A stretch of DNA of 64,000 nucleotides, taken from assembly GCA_944349515.1 (NCBI GenBank), contig CALVNE010000001.1:9703-73702 (forward strand), read 5' to 3'. The position numbers were made by a program, and so were the translations under genes. How positions within the stretch are numbered: position 1 is the first letter of the stretch; the number at the start of each line of letters is the position of its first letter. This stretch comes from an uncultured Clostridia bacterium (GTDB lineage Bacteria > Bacillota > Clostridia > Christensenellales > UBA1242). The notes beneath the pieces were generated by a model. That model saw only the letters and a list, made by a program, of their open reading frames with translations, did not search any database and was not told where the DNA came from. Positions 1 to 9,226 of the stretch are shown here, one piece after another.

Positions 1-771
1 ACACATGAAAATAAACCACTTAAAGTCTTATATACGAATAATGATAATGAATCAAATATGAATTATATTCAAAGTATTGAAAAAGAAAGTTTTGGATGTG
101 GAAATTATACTGGTATTTTTGATTCGTCAAATGATACTTCTTACATTTATGTGTTGTTACAAGCAGCCGGAGGTGGTGGCGGTGGAGCAGATAACTATTA
201 TAAAATATTAAATTACGCCTCAGGAGGTGGCGGTGGAGCAGGTGGCGGAGCTATTTGCTTCAGAATCCTAGTTGACCATAAGACATATAAGTATGAATTA
301 TCAGTAGGTAGTGGTGGAAATTCAGGCAAAAATGGTGATGGAGGCTCTGCGGGAAGCGCTGGTGGGGATACGCGTCTTACTATTAAAGATTTAAGCGATC
401 AGATTGTTGCTCAAGTGACTGTTTCTGGTGGTGCCGGTGGCGGTGGAGGAAATGGTCAAACGGTAGGTGCTGGTGGTATTCATGGCAGAAATACAATATA
501 TTTGGATAATGAAGGTATTTTAACTAAGATATGTATAGTGGATGGTGGCGACGGTGGCTCAGGTGGAAGTGCTGGTAAAAGTGTTGCTACTTCTGGAATA
601 TGGAAAGAAACTATAACTACAAGTTTATTCGACTCAGAATTTTCAGCAAGTCAAGAGTTTGGTACTCCTGGCGAACTGGTCGGTGTAGATGACAAAGGTG
701 GATCAGGTGGTGCCAGTTGGTTAGGAAATGGTGGATATTACTTTTTGGATGATATAGTTGTTGGATTTTAA
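1..771 (+). CDS. Glycine-rich protein, probably 5'-truncated by the window edge (phage tail-fibre-like)
   Basis: The frame of the listed ORF (58..771) is open from base 1, with no stop before the ATG at 58 and no RBS there. Long GGGGG/GGxGG runs are interspersed with beta-strand-like segments. Two small co-oriented ORFs follow, as in tail-fibre modules. Confidence 0.5.
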   Translation, partial: THENKPLKVLYTNNDNESNMNYIQSIEKESFGCGNYTGIFDSSNDTSYIYVLLQAAGGGGGGADNYYKILNYASGGGGGAGGGAICFRILVDHKTYKYELSVGSGGNSGKNGDGGSAGSAGGDTRLTIKDLSDQIVAQVTVSGGAGGGGGNGQTVGAGGIHGRNTIYLDNEGILTKICIVDGGDGGSGGSAGKSVATSGIWKETITTSLFDSEFSASQEFGTPGELVGVDDKGGSGGASWLGNGGYYFLDDIVVGF

Positions 772-781
772 GGAGAAAATA

Positions 782-1411
782 ATGGCAAATATTAATTGTA
801 ATGGCTTAGTAAAAGCTAGTAATTTGGAATTAAATAATTCGTTCAGTGCTTTAAATAATATTGGTGGTGGATTTAAAATTTCAGATCCAATAAATGTTGG
901 AATAGAATTAGGTAGAATGGATGGAACTCCTGGAACACCTTACATAGATTTTCATACAGATGGAAATCCCAATACAGATTATAATGTTCGAATGCTAGCA
1001 GAAGGTGGATGTTTGAAATTTTCTGCTACTGATGGATTAAAATTAAATGAAAAAAAGATAATAAGTGCGGAAGATATAAAAAGTAGTGGACAAAGTCTAT
1101 CTTCATATTTATCATATAATAGTGGAACAACTGGAATAAACAGAAATTCTGATTATTTAGAGTTTGTTTGTGGAGATACAACATATGTTTTTCAATCTGG
1201 ATATATATCTTGTAATTCAAATACCACAACAACAATAACATTTGCACGCCCACTATCTAAAGTAATAGGATGGGGTGGTAATTTGTTCACATTGCAAACT
1301 TCAAATGAAGCTGCATTTGTTAAAGCGATAAGTAACACTGGCTTGCAAATATACCAATCTAATTCAGGAACTCAAGTATGTAATTGGTGGGTTTTAGGAA
1401 TTAAAAGATAA
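782..1411 (+). CDS. Hypothetical protein, tail-fibre/receptor-binding-like
   Basis: AAGGAG RBS lies 6 nt before the ATG at 782 (internal Met of listed ORF 758..1411). It is tightly packed after the glycine-rich ORF. No catalytic motif recognised. Confidence 0.4.
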   Translation: MANINCNGLVKASNLELNNSFSALNNIGGGFKISDPINVGIELGRMDGTPGTPYIDFHTDGNPNTDYNVRMLAEGGCLKFSATDGLKLNEKKIISAEDIKSSGQSLSSYLSYNSGTTGINRNSDYLEFVCGDTTYVFQSGYISCNSNTTTTITFARPLSKVIGWGGNLFTLQTSNEAAFVKAISNTGLQIYQSNSGTQVCNWWVLGIKR

Positions 1412-1423
1412 AGGGAGATAGGT

Positions 1424-1753
1424 ATGATAGGTACAAAAATTTATAAAAATAATTTTAATGAGCAATTATATCAAGAAGCTGCCACTTATTGTAATCAAAG
1501 CCAATTAGCAATTATTCAAGAGAATAATGATTATTATGAGGTGGTACAAATAAGTGCTCCAACGGAAGAAGAAATATTAAACAATTTAAGAAGAAGGCGA
1601 GAAACTGAATGCTTCAAAATTATTAATAGAGGTCAATTTTGGTATGACAGACTAAGTAATGAAGAAAAAATAGAATTATCAAATTGGTATCAAAAATGGC
1701 TGGATGTTACAATTACTAAGGAAATTCCTATAAAGCCAATATGGTTACATTAA
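1424..1753 (+). CDS. Small hypothetical phage-associated protein
   Basis: GGGAGA RBS. 109 aa with a basic RRRRE stretch and WY..WL motifs, as seen in small ORFs that trail tail-fibre genes. Function not recognised. Confidence 0.35.
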   Translation: MIGTKIYKNNFNEQLYQEAATYCNQSQLAIIQENNDYYEVVQISAPTEEEILNNLRRRRETECFKIINRGQFWYDRLSNEEKIELSNWYQKWLDVTITKEIPIKPIWLH

Positions 1754-1783
1754 ACTGAACTATTAAAGAAAAAATCAATTAAA

Positions 1784-1826
1784 AGAGAATATATTGAAAT
1801 TTGTATTCTATATATCCTCTTTTTTA
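1784..1826 (+). terminator. Rho-independent terminator after the tail-fibre-like genes
   Basis: AGAGAATATAT (1784-1794) pairs 10/11 with ATATATCCTCT (1810-1820), followed by TTTTTT. Confidence 0.5.
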
Positions 1827-1930
1827 TTTAAGTTAATTTATACAGGAATTACATTTATAAGAATAAAAAGATTATTTTTAATTTTGGTAATAATTTAAAC
1901 TAACAAGTTAGATTATATTTTAATATTTTA

Positions 1931-1970
1931 AATGATAAAGACAAGAAAGTTATTCCTTGTCTTTATCATT
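1931..1970 (-). terminator. 15-bp perfect inverted repeat spanning the stop codon of the immunity-like gene
   Basis: AATGATAAAGACAAG (1931-1945) / CTTGTCTTTATCATT (1956-1970). Only a weak U-tract on the minus strand. Confidence 0.4.
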
Positions 1971-2621
1971 GTTATCAATATTTATAGAAGTTTTATTTTT
2001 CTTACGAATTTTTTCTCCCCTTTTAATTTTTAGATCTTCTCTGTTGTATCCACCATAAGAATACCAGTCTTTCATAATTTCTTTAACATTTAAACTATTT
2101 TCATTACCTGAAAGTTGCATATTTGAGTTAATATAGTTTAACATTTTTGTTATTTGCTTTTTCGTGTAATAGTTAATACACATTCTTGATTTTTTACCAT
2201 TTATTAATGTAAATTCCAAATATTTTTTAGGTGTTGAAGAAGAAATCCATCTTAATTGTATTCTTTGATTTTTAGAATTCTTTTCGCTTGCTATTATTGC
2301 AATATTTTGAATATCTATATAATTAACAAAGCATTTGTACTGAATCTTTTCAAATTTTGGAAGTCCATCTCCGAATGTTGTGACACTATCTTTACGTAGA
2401 TGAATTTTAAAAGCTAACATAAAACGAATAGAAGTATATAATAAGAATATTAATGCTATAAAAATTAAAATATATTCTAATGGAGTCCAACTGATACCAG
2501 TTTCAACTATTCCTATTTTATCTAAAATGAAATATATTAAAATTAGAATAAATAGACTTAAGAAAAATAAATTTAATAAAATGAAACATATAGATATTGG
2601 GATAAAAATTCGTTTTTTCAT
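1950..2621 (-). CDS. Membrane protein, candidate immunity protein for the RHS toxin
   Basis: It starts 10 nt downstream of the RHS stop on the same strand. The N-terminal part has three long hydrophobic helices, followed by a soluble lysine-rich domain. Confidence 0.5.
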   Translation of the reverse strand: MKKRIFIPISICFILLNLFFLSLFILILIYFILDKIGIVETGISWTPLEYILIFIALIFLLYTSIRFMLAFKIHLRKDSVTTFGDGLPKFEKIQYKCFVNYIDIQNIAIIASEKNSKNQRIQLRWISSSTPKKYLEFTLINGKKSRMCINYYTKKQITKMLNYINSNMQLSGNENSLNVKEIMKDWYSYGGYNREDLKIKRGEKIRKKNKTSINIDNNDKDKE

Positions 2622-2630
2622 ATTGCTCCT

Positions 2631-5600
2631 TTAGTTTGCTAAAGCTGAATAAAATATATCAACAATTGATTGGTAAAGAGATTCTCCAAAAATTTTCAAT
2701 AGTGTTTTAAACGATACATTTTTTATAGAACCATTTTTTAACTTAGTAAAAATTTGCTTTGAAATAGCACTCCAACTTCCTCTTCCGTAAGTTATTCCCT
2801 TGATAGCATATTTTATGTTAACTATTCCAGTAAATGCCATCGACAAAACTCCTGCAAATGCACTGCTTAGCAAGGATTCACCAAAATTAAACTCTGTACC
2901 ATAAATCCAATGACTGAAGACATCTGTGAATAAGTTTGTAAAGAATCCTGATATAAAGGCAGAAGCATATGTTCCAGCACCAAATACATATGAAAAAGCT
3001 CCTCCGACAAAACCGCCAACAACACTTCCTAAAAACTCGGCCCAATTCCATTCCCATTTGCCTGTTGTTACACCCTTGATAACAACTGAAGCAGTGTAGG
3101 ATACAGCACCAACGGCGGCACCTATTGCTGCTGCAATTAACAATCCAATTAAGAACGATATAAAATAACCATTTTCATCAACTTCATTTACAGGATTGTT
3201 TAAGCAATAGGCATAAAGGTTTAATCCATTAAGTGTAATTTGAGTAATATCTAGGGTGGAGATATCATCGGCATTTACAAATCTTCCTAATTGTGGGTCA
3301 TAGTATCTACTATTCAAGTAGTATAGATTTGTTTCGAAATCGTAGTAGTATGAACGATAACGGAATGGATTTTTGAATGCGATGAAACGATTGATTATAC
3401 TTGTGTCATTATAGCTATAATCACTATTGATTATACCATAAGTTCCATCATCTTGCAAGTATTTTACAATACAATTTCCCCAAGCATCATATTCATAGCG
3501 TGCAATTTCATCGCCTGATGTCGAATAAATGCCAATAATATCGTTTTGGGCATTTTTCTTATAATAGAAATCATCATCGACAAGGTTATTTTTAAGGTGG
3601 AAACCAGTAACACCATCGGCAGCATAATAGAATATTAAGTCATTACAGCAATCGTGTTGTTTAATTATTTTATTTCCATTTAAGAAGAATGATGTTGTGA
3701 ATGTTCCATTGCAATCGCAATCTTCTTTACCACAATTGCATTCCAACATACTTACTTTTATTGCTTTGCTTGTTCTTATCCCATTTGCATTATATTTATA
3801 TTCAGCAACATCTGCAAATTTGTCAAGTTGTCTGCCATGCGACCAAAGGAGAGTTTTATCACGATAGGTTGTTGGATTACCAAGAGCATCATAAACAAAT
3901 TTTTCACCATTATATGCTAATAATTGATCTTTCCAGCCATTAGAAGAGTATGAGTAGTCAAAAGTTCCAGTTGGAGTTTCGAAGTCAAGATTGTCTGAAA
4001 GTGTGAAAGCATATTCGTTTCTTTGAGTAATATTTCCACCAGCATCATAAGAGTAAGTATAGGTTTTATTAAACAAAGAGTTATCTTCTCTAATTATTCT
4101 AGAAAGTGCGTCATACTTATAACGTGCGAGAAGTTTGTTGTTTTCTCTAATTTCTGTGATATTGCCTTTCTTATCATATTTATATGTAAGATTGTCCTTA
4201 TTTACATCACCAATAGCAAATTGAAGTTTGGATACAAGATTAGAGGTATGATCTCCATTTTTTAGGTATGTAAATTGTTTCACATAATCTTCCGTTTGAA
4301 TATTCTTAACCCTTTGAAGTTTATCATAATAAAGTGTTTGTTCAATTCCATTTGGAAGTGTAATGGTGTTAAGTTTAGCATCAGGAGTCTCATCTCTATC
4401 GTACTCGTAAATCAATGTTTCGTCACCAATTTTAATAGTAGATTTTTGAATATTCCTATGGCTACTGTCCATTTCATTTTCAATACTAATTTTACTATTA
4501 TGTTGGGTATTTGTTTCTTTGATAGTATTTCCAAATTTGTCATAGAAATAAGAGTGCTCATTTGATTCGGCTGTTTCAGGTTTATCTATAAAGTCTTTTG
4601 TTTTAATAATATTTCCATATGTGTCATAAATGTTTTCAACAAGTGTTATTTCTTCTGCATTTTCGTTTGGTTTGTAGTAAGTGTTAAGAACATCACCATT
4701 ATCATTGAAGGTTTGACGATAAATCTCATTCGAAGCGAGAGAAGTTATTTCTTCATTTTCTCCATATTCTTTCGTTAGATATTCATTTCCTGCAATATTG
4801 ATTTGTTTGATTCGACCTTGCTCATCGTAATCGTAACCAATTTCAAAATCATTATGTTTTAAAGAAGTGAGAAAATCGAGGTTATATCCATAGGTGTTTG
4901 TGTTTTCAATACCGTCTGTTGTAATAGAAGTTTCAAGAAGAGTATCATCAGGGGAGTAACCGTAGGATGTTTTAACACCATTCTCATCAATACTTGAAGA
5001 AATTATTCCTGTTCCATTAATATATTCATAGGAAGCTGTTTCTTCACCTAATTCGTTGATAGATGCTGTTTCTTTCCCTTTTTCATCCAATTTTTTCTCT
5101 TCGTAAAATTTGTTGGTTAGTTCATCTTGATGATAGGTAATGGTTTTAATAACAACACCTTGATCGTTAAAAACATTTTCTTTAACAATACCATTATAGT
5201 CGATTGAACGAAGAAGTTTACCCTCTTTGGTATATTCAAATGTAGTTATATAGTCTTTGTTTTCTGCTATGTTTGTTATAATTTGTTTGCAAGGATTTTT
5301 TGTTTCTTCATTTTCATATTCATAGGTTATTATGAAATTGCTATGCGCAGAATAATTTTTTATAGGACGTTTAAATGAGTCATAATCGGTTATTTCAAAG
5401 TCTGCTTGTTTAAAGGTTAAATCAGTGAATATAATATCTCCAGTATTGCCAGAGTAGTCAATATAGCAGTTAATGCTTTCAATGGTTTTATCTTCAAGAA
5501 TAAGAGGAAGACTACAATATTGCCATTCAGTATTGCGCCAATCAAATTGTCTAGCAAATTTTCGTATGTTTGCATCATTTTGATAAGTTATTTCTGCACG

Positions 5601-8267
5601 AATTTCAAATTTACGATTGTTTATATAGTCAGGGTAAATATTATTTCCATTATTATCCTTTGTTTGTTCGTCGGTTATAACAAATGCAGAATCAGCTTTT
5701 GCCCAACCAGAAACCATGAAGGCTCTATGTGAACAATTTGACTCATTATTTACAAGTTCTTTATTTAATTCATCAATACTTATAGGTGTCATTAAAACAC
5801 TTATAGCCTTAGTAGTTTCTGATTCTTTGATTTCATAGAACTTTGCATTTACTTCATAATTAAATGGAATAGTTGAAGCGGAGCATACTGCATCAGCAGT
5901 TCCAAGATAAAAACCATTTTCAATTGTTTTTTCATTTTCTTTAAATGCAACATCTTCAAGGTAATTCTTTGCATAAGGAAGAGAATTGACTTTCATATTG
6001 ATTTTGTTATCTTGATATGTAAATTCTTTTGCTTTAAAGTTAATTTCATCATTGTCCAAAGAGTTTTCATTGAAATTATTTTCGTATATAGTTCTTACTT
6101 TTCCATATTTATCAAAAAGATAAGTGACTTGCTTATTCTTACTATTAGATAATGAAGTAGATTTATAGTTTTGATAACTGAAATTAATTGATTTGTCAGA
6201 AATTTTGTAAGAAGAGTAATCATTATTTGAAAAATCTAAACTCTCAAAAGAGAAATTTTCATTATTGATTTTTTTATAATTGATTACATTATTTCTTATA
6301 TTGTCTAAAAACGATATCATTGATGCATTTGAAATTTTATTTTTGTCATAAGAGAACTGAACTCCTATACCTGTTTGATTTAAAGCAGCTTGCAAATGCT
6401 TTTCAGATGTTTCCTGATCATCATTATTTGGTGTATCAATATAGTAATAATAAGATTTATTATTATCAAGATGCTCAATGTTTTGTAAGATATTCGTTTC
6501 ATTATAGTTGAATTTGACTTTTCTATCTCTAGCGTCTGTAATTTCTGTCAACAAATTGTTTTCATAATTGAAAATTATAGTTTTTTCATTACTATCCATT
6601 ATGCTTTCAATTTTGTTTGAATCAAGCGAGTTATAGGAAAAATAAATTGTATTTTCATACATATCCATAATAAGGACTAATCTAAAAACATTCAAATCTC
6701 TTGTTTTTCCAAAGCCATAAAAAATATTGTCATCGTTATAAAGATAATGAACTGGAACTTGCATTTCATATTGCTCTTTTTGATGATTATATTTAGATAA
6801 TTCATTTTCAATTTCATCGAGTTGTTTTTTTAATAGTACTAATTGATCTTTATAGTTATTTATTTGAACAGCTATATTATAAAAGTTATTATCGTTATAA
6901 GTATAAAACAATCCAAAATTATTTTTTTCGTTATCGGAAAGATTTAATTTTTCTTTAAAGTAGGTTTGTCTATCATTGCTAGCATTCATATATTCATTAA
7001 ATATTTCAGAAATTACATCTTCTTCATCTGTATTAGCTCCATATTCAAAATAACTTTTGCCAACAAAAGCTAATATAGTGTTTTTAAAAACATTTTCATC
7101 AATGGATTTTTTATAGATACGATCATAAGCTTCTTCTTCTAAATCGCTAAGATTTTTACCAGTATAATCAGTATCAAAATTATATTTTTCATTATTACCA
7201 TTAGCTAGTAAATTAATAGAATTTGCACTAGCCTCATCAACAGGATAGTTACTAGAATATGTTGATATGTTATTATTTAAAGAAATATATTTTGAAATGG
7301 CCAGCAAACAAAGTTGTTTTTGATAATTATAAATATTTTGTTTATAGATGTCTTTTTGTTCTTCTAATTGCTCAATTTGTCGTTTTAAATTTGCAAGTTC
7401 CTCTGGTTCATAATCAACTAAGTCAGAACCTTCAAAATCTTTAATAGAAGAAATAAGTTTAATGCCAGATGGTGCTTCAAGTTCTGTTTTGACTTCTTTA
7501 TTATTATATTTTAGGTTTCCATCTAAATCAACTGTGATTTGATCTTTTTCAATAAAATGCTTTGTATTACCATCATCAGTATAATAGTATTTTTCTTCAA
7601 TAATTTGGTTTTTGCCATTTTCATCTATATATGTATAACTTGTTTTATCATTTTCAGTTTCATTTTTTATTAAGAATTGGTTTACATTTAAGCTCCATTT
7701 TTCAGGTAATCCAATATCAGGAAGCTTTGTGTTTTTAGTAGCATTATAGTTTGCACTTATAGAAGTTGGTAAGACATTTTCATCTGAAGAAATAAGAGGA
7801 GTCTTAATATTTAATTGTCCTGTCGCAAGATTTATACTTGCATTGCCTGCCTTTCCTAAATCAATTTTATGAGAATTTCCATTACCTTGATATTCTTCGA
7901 GCGAAATGTAATCAATAGAAAGATTGCTTTCAGAATTAATAAAGATAATTTCTCCATTTCCAATAAAATCTAGATTTAGTTTTGCATTTAAATCAATAGA
8001 ATTTTGTAGTTCGTCGCTTATGTTAATACTTAAATTACCAGCAGATATATTTTTTATTGTATCAACATTATTCCAGCTTGCAAGTGTATTAGTCCCTTTT
8101 TTTGCGGAATAGTTGACCATAAGGTCATTATTGCTAGAAACACTAGCAATTTTTACATTTAAAATTGCATCAACAACTTTGATGAATTTTAGGTTGTCTG
8201 GTATTGTAATCTCAATATGATTACCAGACAAAGCAATGTTATTAGCATTGATTTTAAAATTTTTCAT
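2631..8267 (-). CDS. RHS/YD-repeat polymorphic toxin with hydrophobic glycine-zipper C-terminal domain
   Basis: Many YD repeats (YDALGNPTTY, YEYDAWGN, YKYDALSR...). RHS core end is RYYDPQLGRFVNADD ... YAYCLNNPVNEVDENGYF. The last 177 aa (about 2634-3164) are G/A/S-rich hydrophobic helices. GGAGAAG RBS. Confidence 0.9.
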   Translation of the reverse strand: MKNFKINANNIALSGNHIEITIPDNLKFIKVVDAILNVKIASVSSNNDLMVNYSAKKGTNTLASWNNVDTIKNISAGNLSINISDELQNSIDLNAKLNLDFIGNGEIIFINSESNLSIDYISLEEYQGNGNSHKIDLGKAGNASINLATGQLNIKTPLISSDENVLPTSISANYNATKNTKLPDIGLPEKWSLNVNQFLIKNETENDKTSYTYIDENGKNQIIEEKYYYTDDGNTKHFIEKDQITVDLDGNLKYNNKEVKTELEAPSGIKLISSIKDFEGSDLVDYEPEELANLKRQIEQLEEQKDIYKQNIYNYQKQLCLLAISKYISLNNNISTYSSNYPVDEASANSINLLANGNNEKYNFDTDYTGKNLSDLEEEAYDRIYKKSIDENVFKNTILAFVGKSYFEYGANTDEEDVISEIFNEYMNASNDRQTYFKEKLNLSDNEKNNFGLFYTYNDNNFYNIAVQINNYKDQLVLLKKQLDEIENELSKYNHQKEQYEMQVPVHYLYNDDNIFYGFGKTRDLNVFRLVLIMDMYENTIYFSYNSLDSNKIESIMDSNEKTIIFNYENNLLTEITDARDRKVKFNYNETNILQNIEHLDNNKSYYYYIDTPNNDDQETSEKHLQAALNQTGIGVQFSYDKNKISNASMISFLDNIRNNVINYKKINNENFSFESLDFSNNDYSSYKISDKSINFSYQNYKSTSLSNSKNKQVTYLFDKYGKVRTIYENNFNENSLDNDEINFKAKEFTYQDNKINMKVNSLPYAKNYLEDVAFKENEKTIENGFYLGTADAVCSASTIPFNYEVNAKFYEIKESETTKAISVLMTPISIDELNKELVNNESNCSHRAFMVSGWAKADSAFVITDEQTKDNNGNNIYPDYINNRKFEIRAEITYQNDANIRKFARQFDWRNTEWQYCSLPLILEDKTIESINCYIDYSGNTGDIIFTDLTFKQADFEITDYDSFKRPIKNYSAHSNFIITYEYENEETKNPCKQIITNIAENKDYITTFEYTKEGKLLRSIDYNGIVKENVFNDQGVVIKTITYHQDELTNKFYEEKKLDEKGKETASINELGEETASYEYINGTGIISSSIDENGVKTSYGYSPDDTLLETSITTDGIENTNTYGYNLDFLTSLKHNDFEIGYDYDEQGRIKQINIAGNEYLTKEYGENEEITSLASNEIYRQTFNDNGDVLNTYYKPNENAEEITLVENIYDTYGNIIKTKDFIDKPETAESNEHSYFYDKFGNTIKETNTQHNSKISIENEMDSSHRNIQKSTIKIGDETLIYEYDRDETPDAKLNTITLPNGIEQTLYYDKLQRVKNIQTEDYVKQFTYLKNGDHTSNLVSKLQFAIGDVNKDNLTYKYDKKGNITEIRENNKLLARYKYDALSRIIREDNSLFNKTYTYSYDAGGNITQRNEYAFTLSDNLDFETPTGTFDYSYSSNGWKDQLLAYNGEKFVYDALGNPTTYRDKTLLWSHGRQLDKFADVAEYKYNANGIRTSKAIKVSMLECNCGKEDCDCNGTFTTSFFLNGNKIIKQHDCCNDLIFYYAADGVTGFHLKNNLVDDDFYYKKNAQNDIIGIYSTSGDEIARYEYDAWGNCIVKYLQDDGTYGIINSDYSYNDTSIINRFIAFKNPFRYRSYYYDFETNLYYLNSRYYDPQLGRFVNADDISTLDITQITLNGLNLYAYCLNNPVNEVDENGYFISFLIGLLIAAAIGAAVGAVSYTASVVIKGVTTGKWEWNWAEFLGSVVGGFVGGAFSYVFGAGTYASAFISGFFTNLFTDVFSHWIYGTEFNFGESLLSSAFAGVLSMAFTGIVNIKYAIKGITYGRGSWSAISKQIFTKLKNGSIKNVSFKTLLKIFGESLYQSIVDIFYSALAN

Positions 8268-8320
8268 GTATTCTTCTCCTTTTAATTATTGATTACATGA
8301 AATATTTTAATTCTCAAAAA

Positions 8321-8367
8321 TTCTAATGCCGTCTAACTTTTGCTAATTAGTGCTAATTTTTGCTAAT
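8321..8367 (-). promoter_or_regulatory. Helically phased heptamer array (TGCTAAT) upstream of the RHS gene
   Basis: TGCTAAT starts at 8341, 8351 and 8361 (perfect) and TTCTAAT at 8321 (6/7). Weaker copies lie at 8311 and 8331. All are in exact 10-bp register, 54-100 nt upstream of the RHS ATG, and overlap the 3' end of the regulator gene. Confidence 0.4.
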
Positions 8368-8739
8368 GTTGCGGTCTTTTTTATTCAAATCTTCAAGTAT
8401 TTTATTAATAGCTTCATTATGCAGTTGATAAATACGTTTTGTAGAATAGCTCATTCTGTCGGCAATTTGGTCAAATGTTAAAAAAGTTATGTATTTTAAA
8501 TACATCAAAGTTTTATATGGTTGATTGAGTGTTTGAATAAGGGATTCTATATGTTGTTTTTTATGTAAAATCAATGCTATTTGTTGCTTTTCATAATTTA
8601 TAGAATCGTCAAAGAAATTTTTGGCATCAGTGTTAGCTAAGTAATTATTTGTTGTCATTATTTCTTTTGATTTTTCTTTTAAATATTGATTATCATACCA
8701 ATAATCCTCAAATAATGATTTTAATTCTTCCTTGGTCAT
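8353..8739 (-). CDS. ArpU/RinA-like (sigma-70 region-4-like HTH) transcriptional activator
   Basis: The C-terminus LTFDQIADRMSYSTKRIYQLHNEAINKI looks like a sigma region 4 / phage late-activator HTH. GGAG RBS lies 8 nt before the ATG at 8739 (internal Met of listed ORF 8353..8799). Confidence 0.55.
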   Translation of the reverse strand: MTKEELKSLFEDYWYDNQYLKEKSKEIMTTNNYLANTDAKNFFDDSINYEKQQIALILHKKQHIESLIQTLNQPYKTLMYLKYITFLTFDQIADRMSYSTKRIYQLHNEAINKILEDLNKKDRNISKN

Positions 8740-8802
8740 ATAAAACACTCCTTTTCTACAATTTGATATAATTATATCAATTTGTAAATAAAAAATCAAG
8801 CA

Positions 8803-8846
8803 AAAATTCTACAAATTGTGATAATTATAGCAAAATGTAGAATTTT
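8803..8846. promoter_or_regulatory. Operator-like inverted repeat in the divergent regulator/XRE promoter region
   Basis: AAAATTCTACA (8803-8813) / TGTAGAATTTT (8836-8846) is a perfect 11-bp IR. A third TTCTACAA(A)TTG half-site lies at about 8753-8764. Confidence 0.4.
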
Positions 8847-8911
8847 TATATCAAAATAGAATTGCATAATCTTGAAAACTATGGTAAAATAATATAGAAA
8901 TGGAGTGTATT

Positions 8912-9226
8912 ATGGAAATAGGCGATAAGATAAGATATTTGAGACGCAAATCTAATATGAATCAGACTGAACTAGCCCAGAAATTAGGAGTAGTGACATC
9001 TACAGTGGGATTTTGGGAGACAGGAAGGAGACAGCCAGATTTAGATGCAATAGTAAAAATTTCTGAAATTTTTAATGTATCAACTGATTATTTGTTAAAT
9101 GATTATAATGATAATACAATTGTAATTCTGGGTAAAGCAGGGACACATAAAAATATTATAGTGTCAGATGATCAAATAAATTTAATAGAAAATTTCATTG
9201 AGTCCTTAAAACATAATGATGAATAG
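8912..9226 (+). CDS. XRE-family HTH repressor (ImmR-like)
   Basis: IRYLRRKSNMNQTELAQKLGVVTSTVGFWETGRRQPDLDAIVKISEIFNVSTDYLL is a canonical Cro/CI HTH. GGAG RBS before the ATG at 8912. Confidence 0.85.
   Translation: MEIGDKIRYLRRKSNMNQTELAQKLGVVTSTVGFWETGRRQPDLDAIVKISEIFNVSTDYLLNDYNDNTIVILGKAGTHKNIIVSDDQINLIENFIESLKHNDE

Noticed and set aside
58-771. Glycine-rich region as a tandem DNA repeat or collagen-like triple-helix gene
   Set aside because: The GGT/GGC/GGA runs are irregular in length and spacing, with no Gly-X-Y periodicity and no exact nucleotide repeat unit.
3701-8112. Several 60-96-aa plus-strand ORFs inside the RHS gene (3701, 4023, 4275, 5520, 6320, 7259, 7924)
   Set aside because: They are antisense to a 1,878-aa ORF with clear YD-repeat content. 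Their sequences are hydrophobic and low-complexity, typical of AT-rich antisense frames. None has an RBS.
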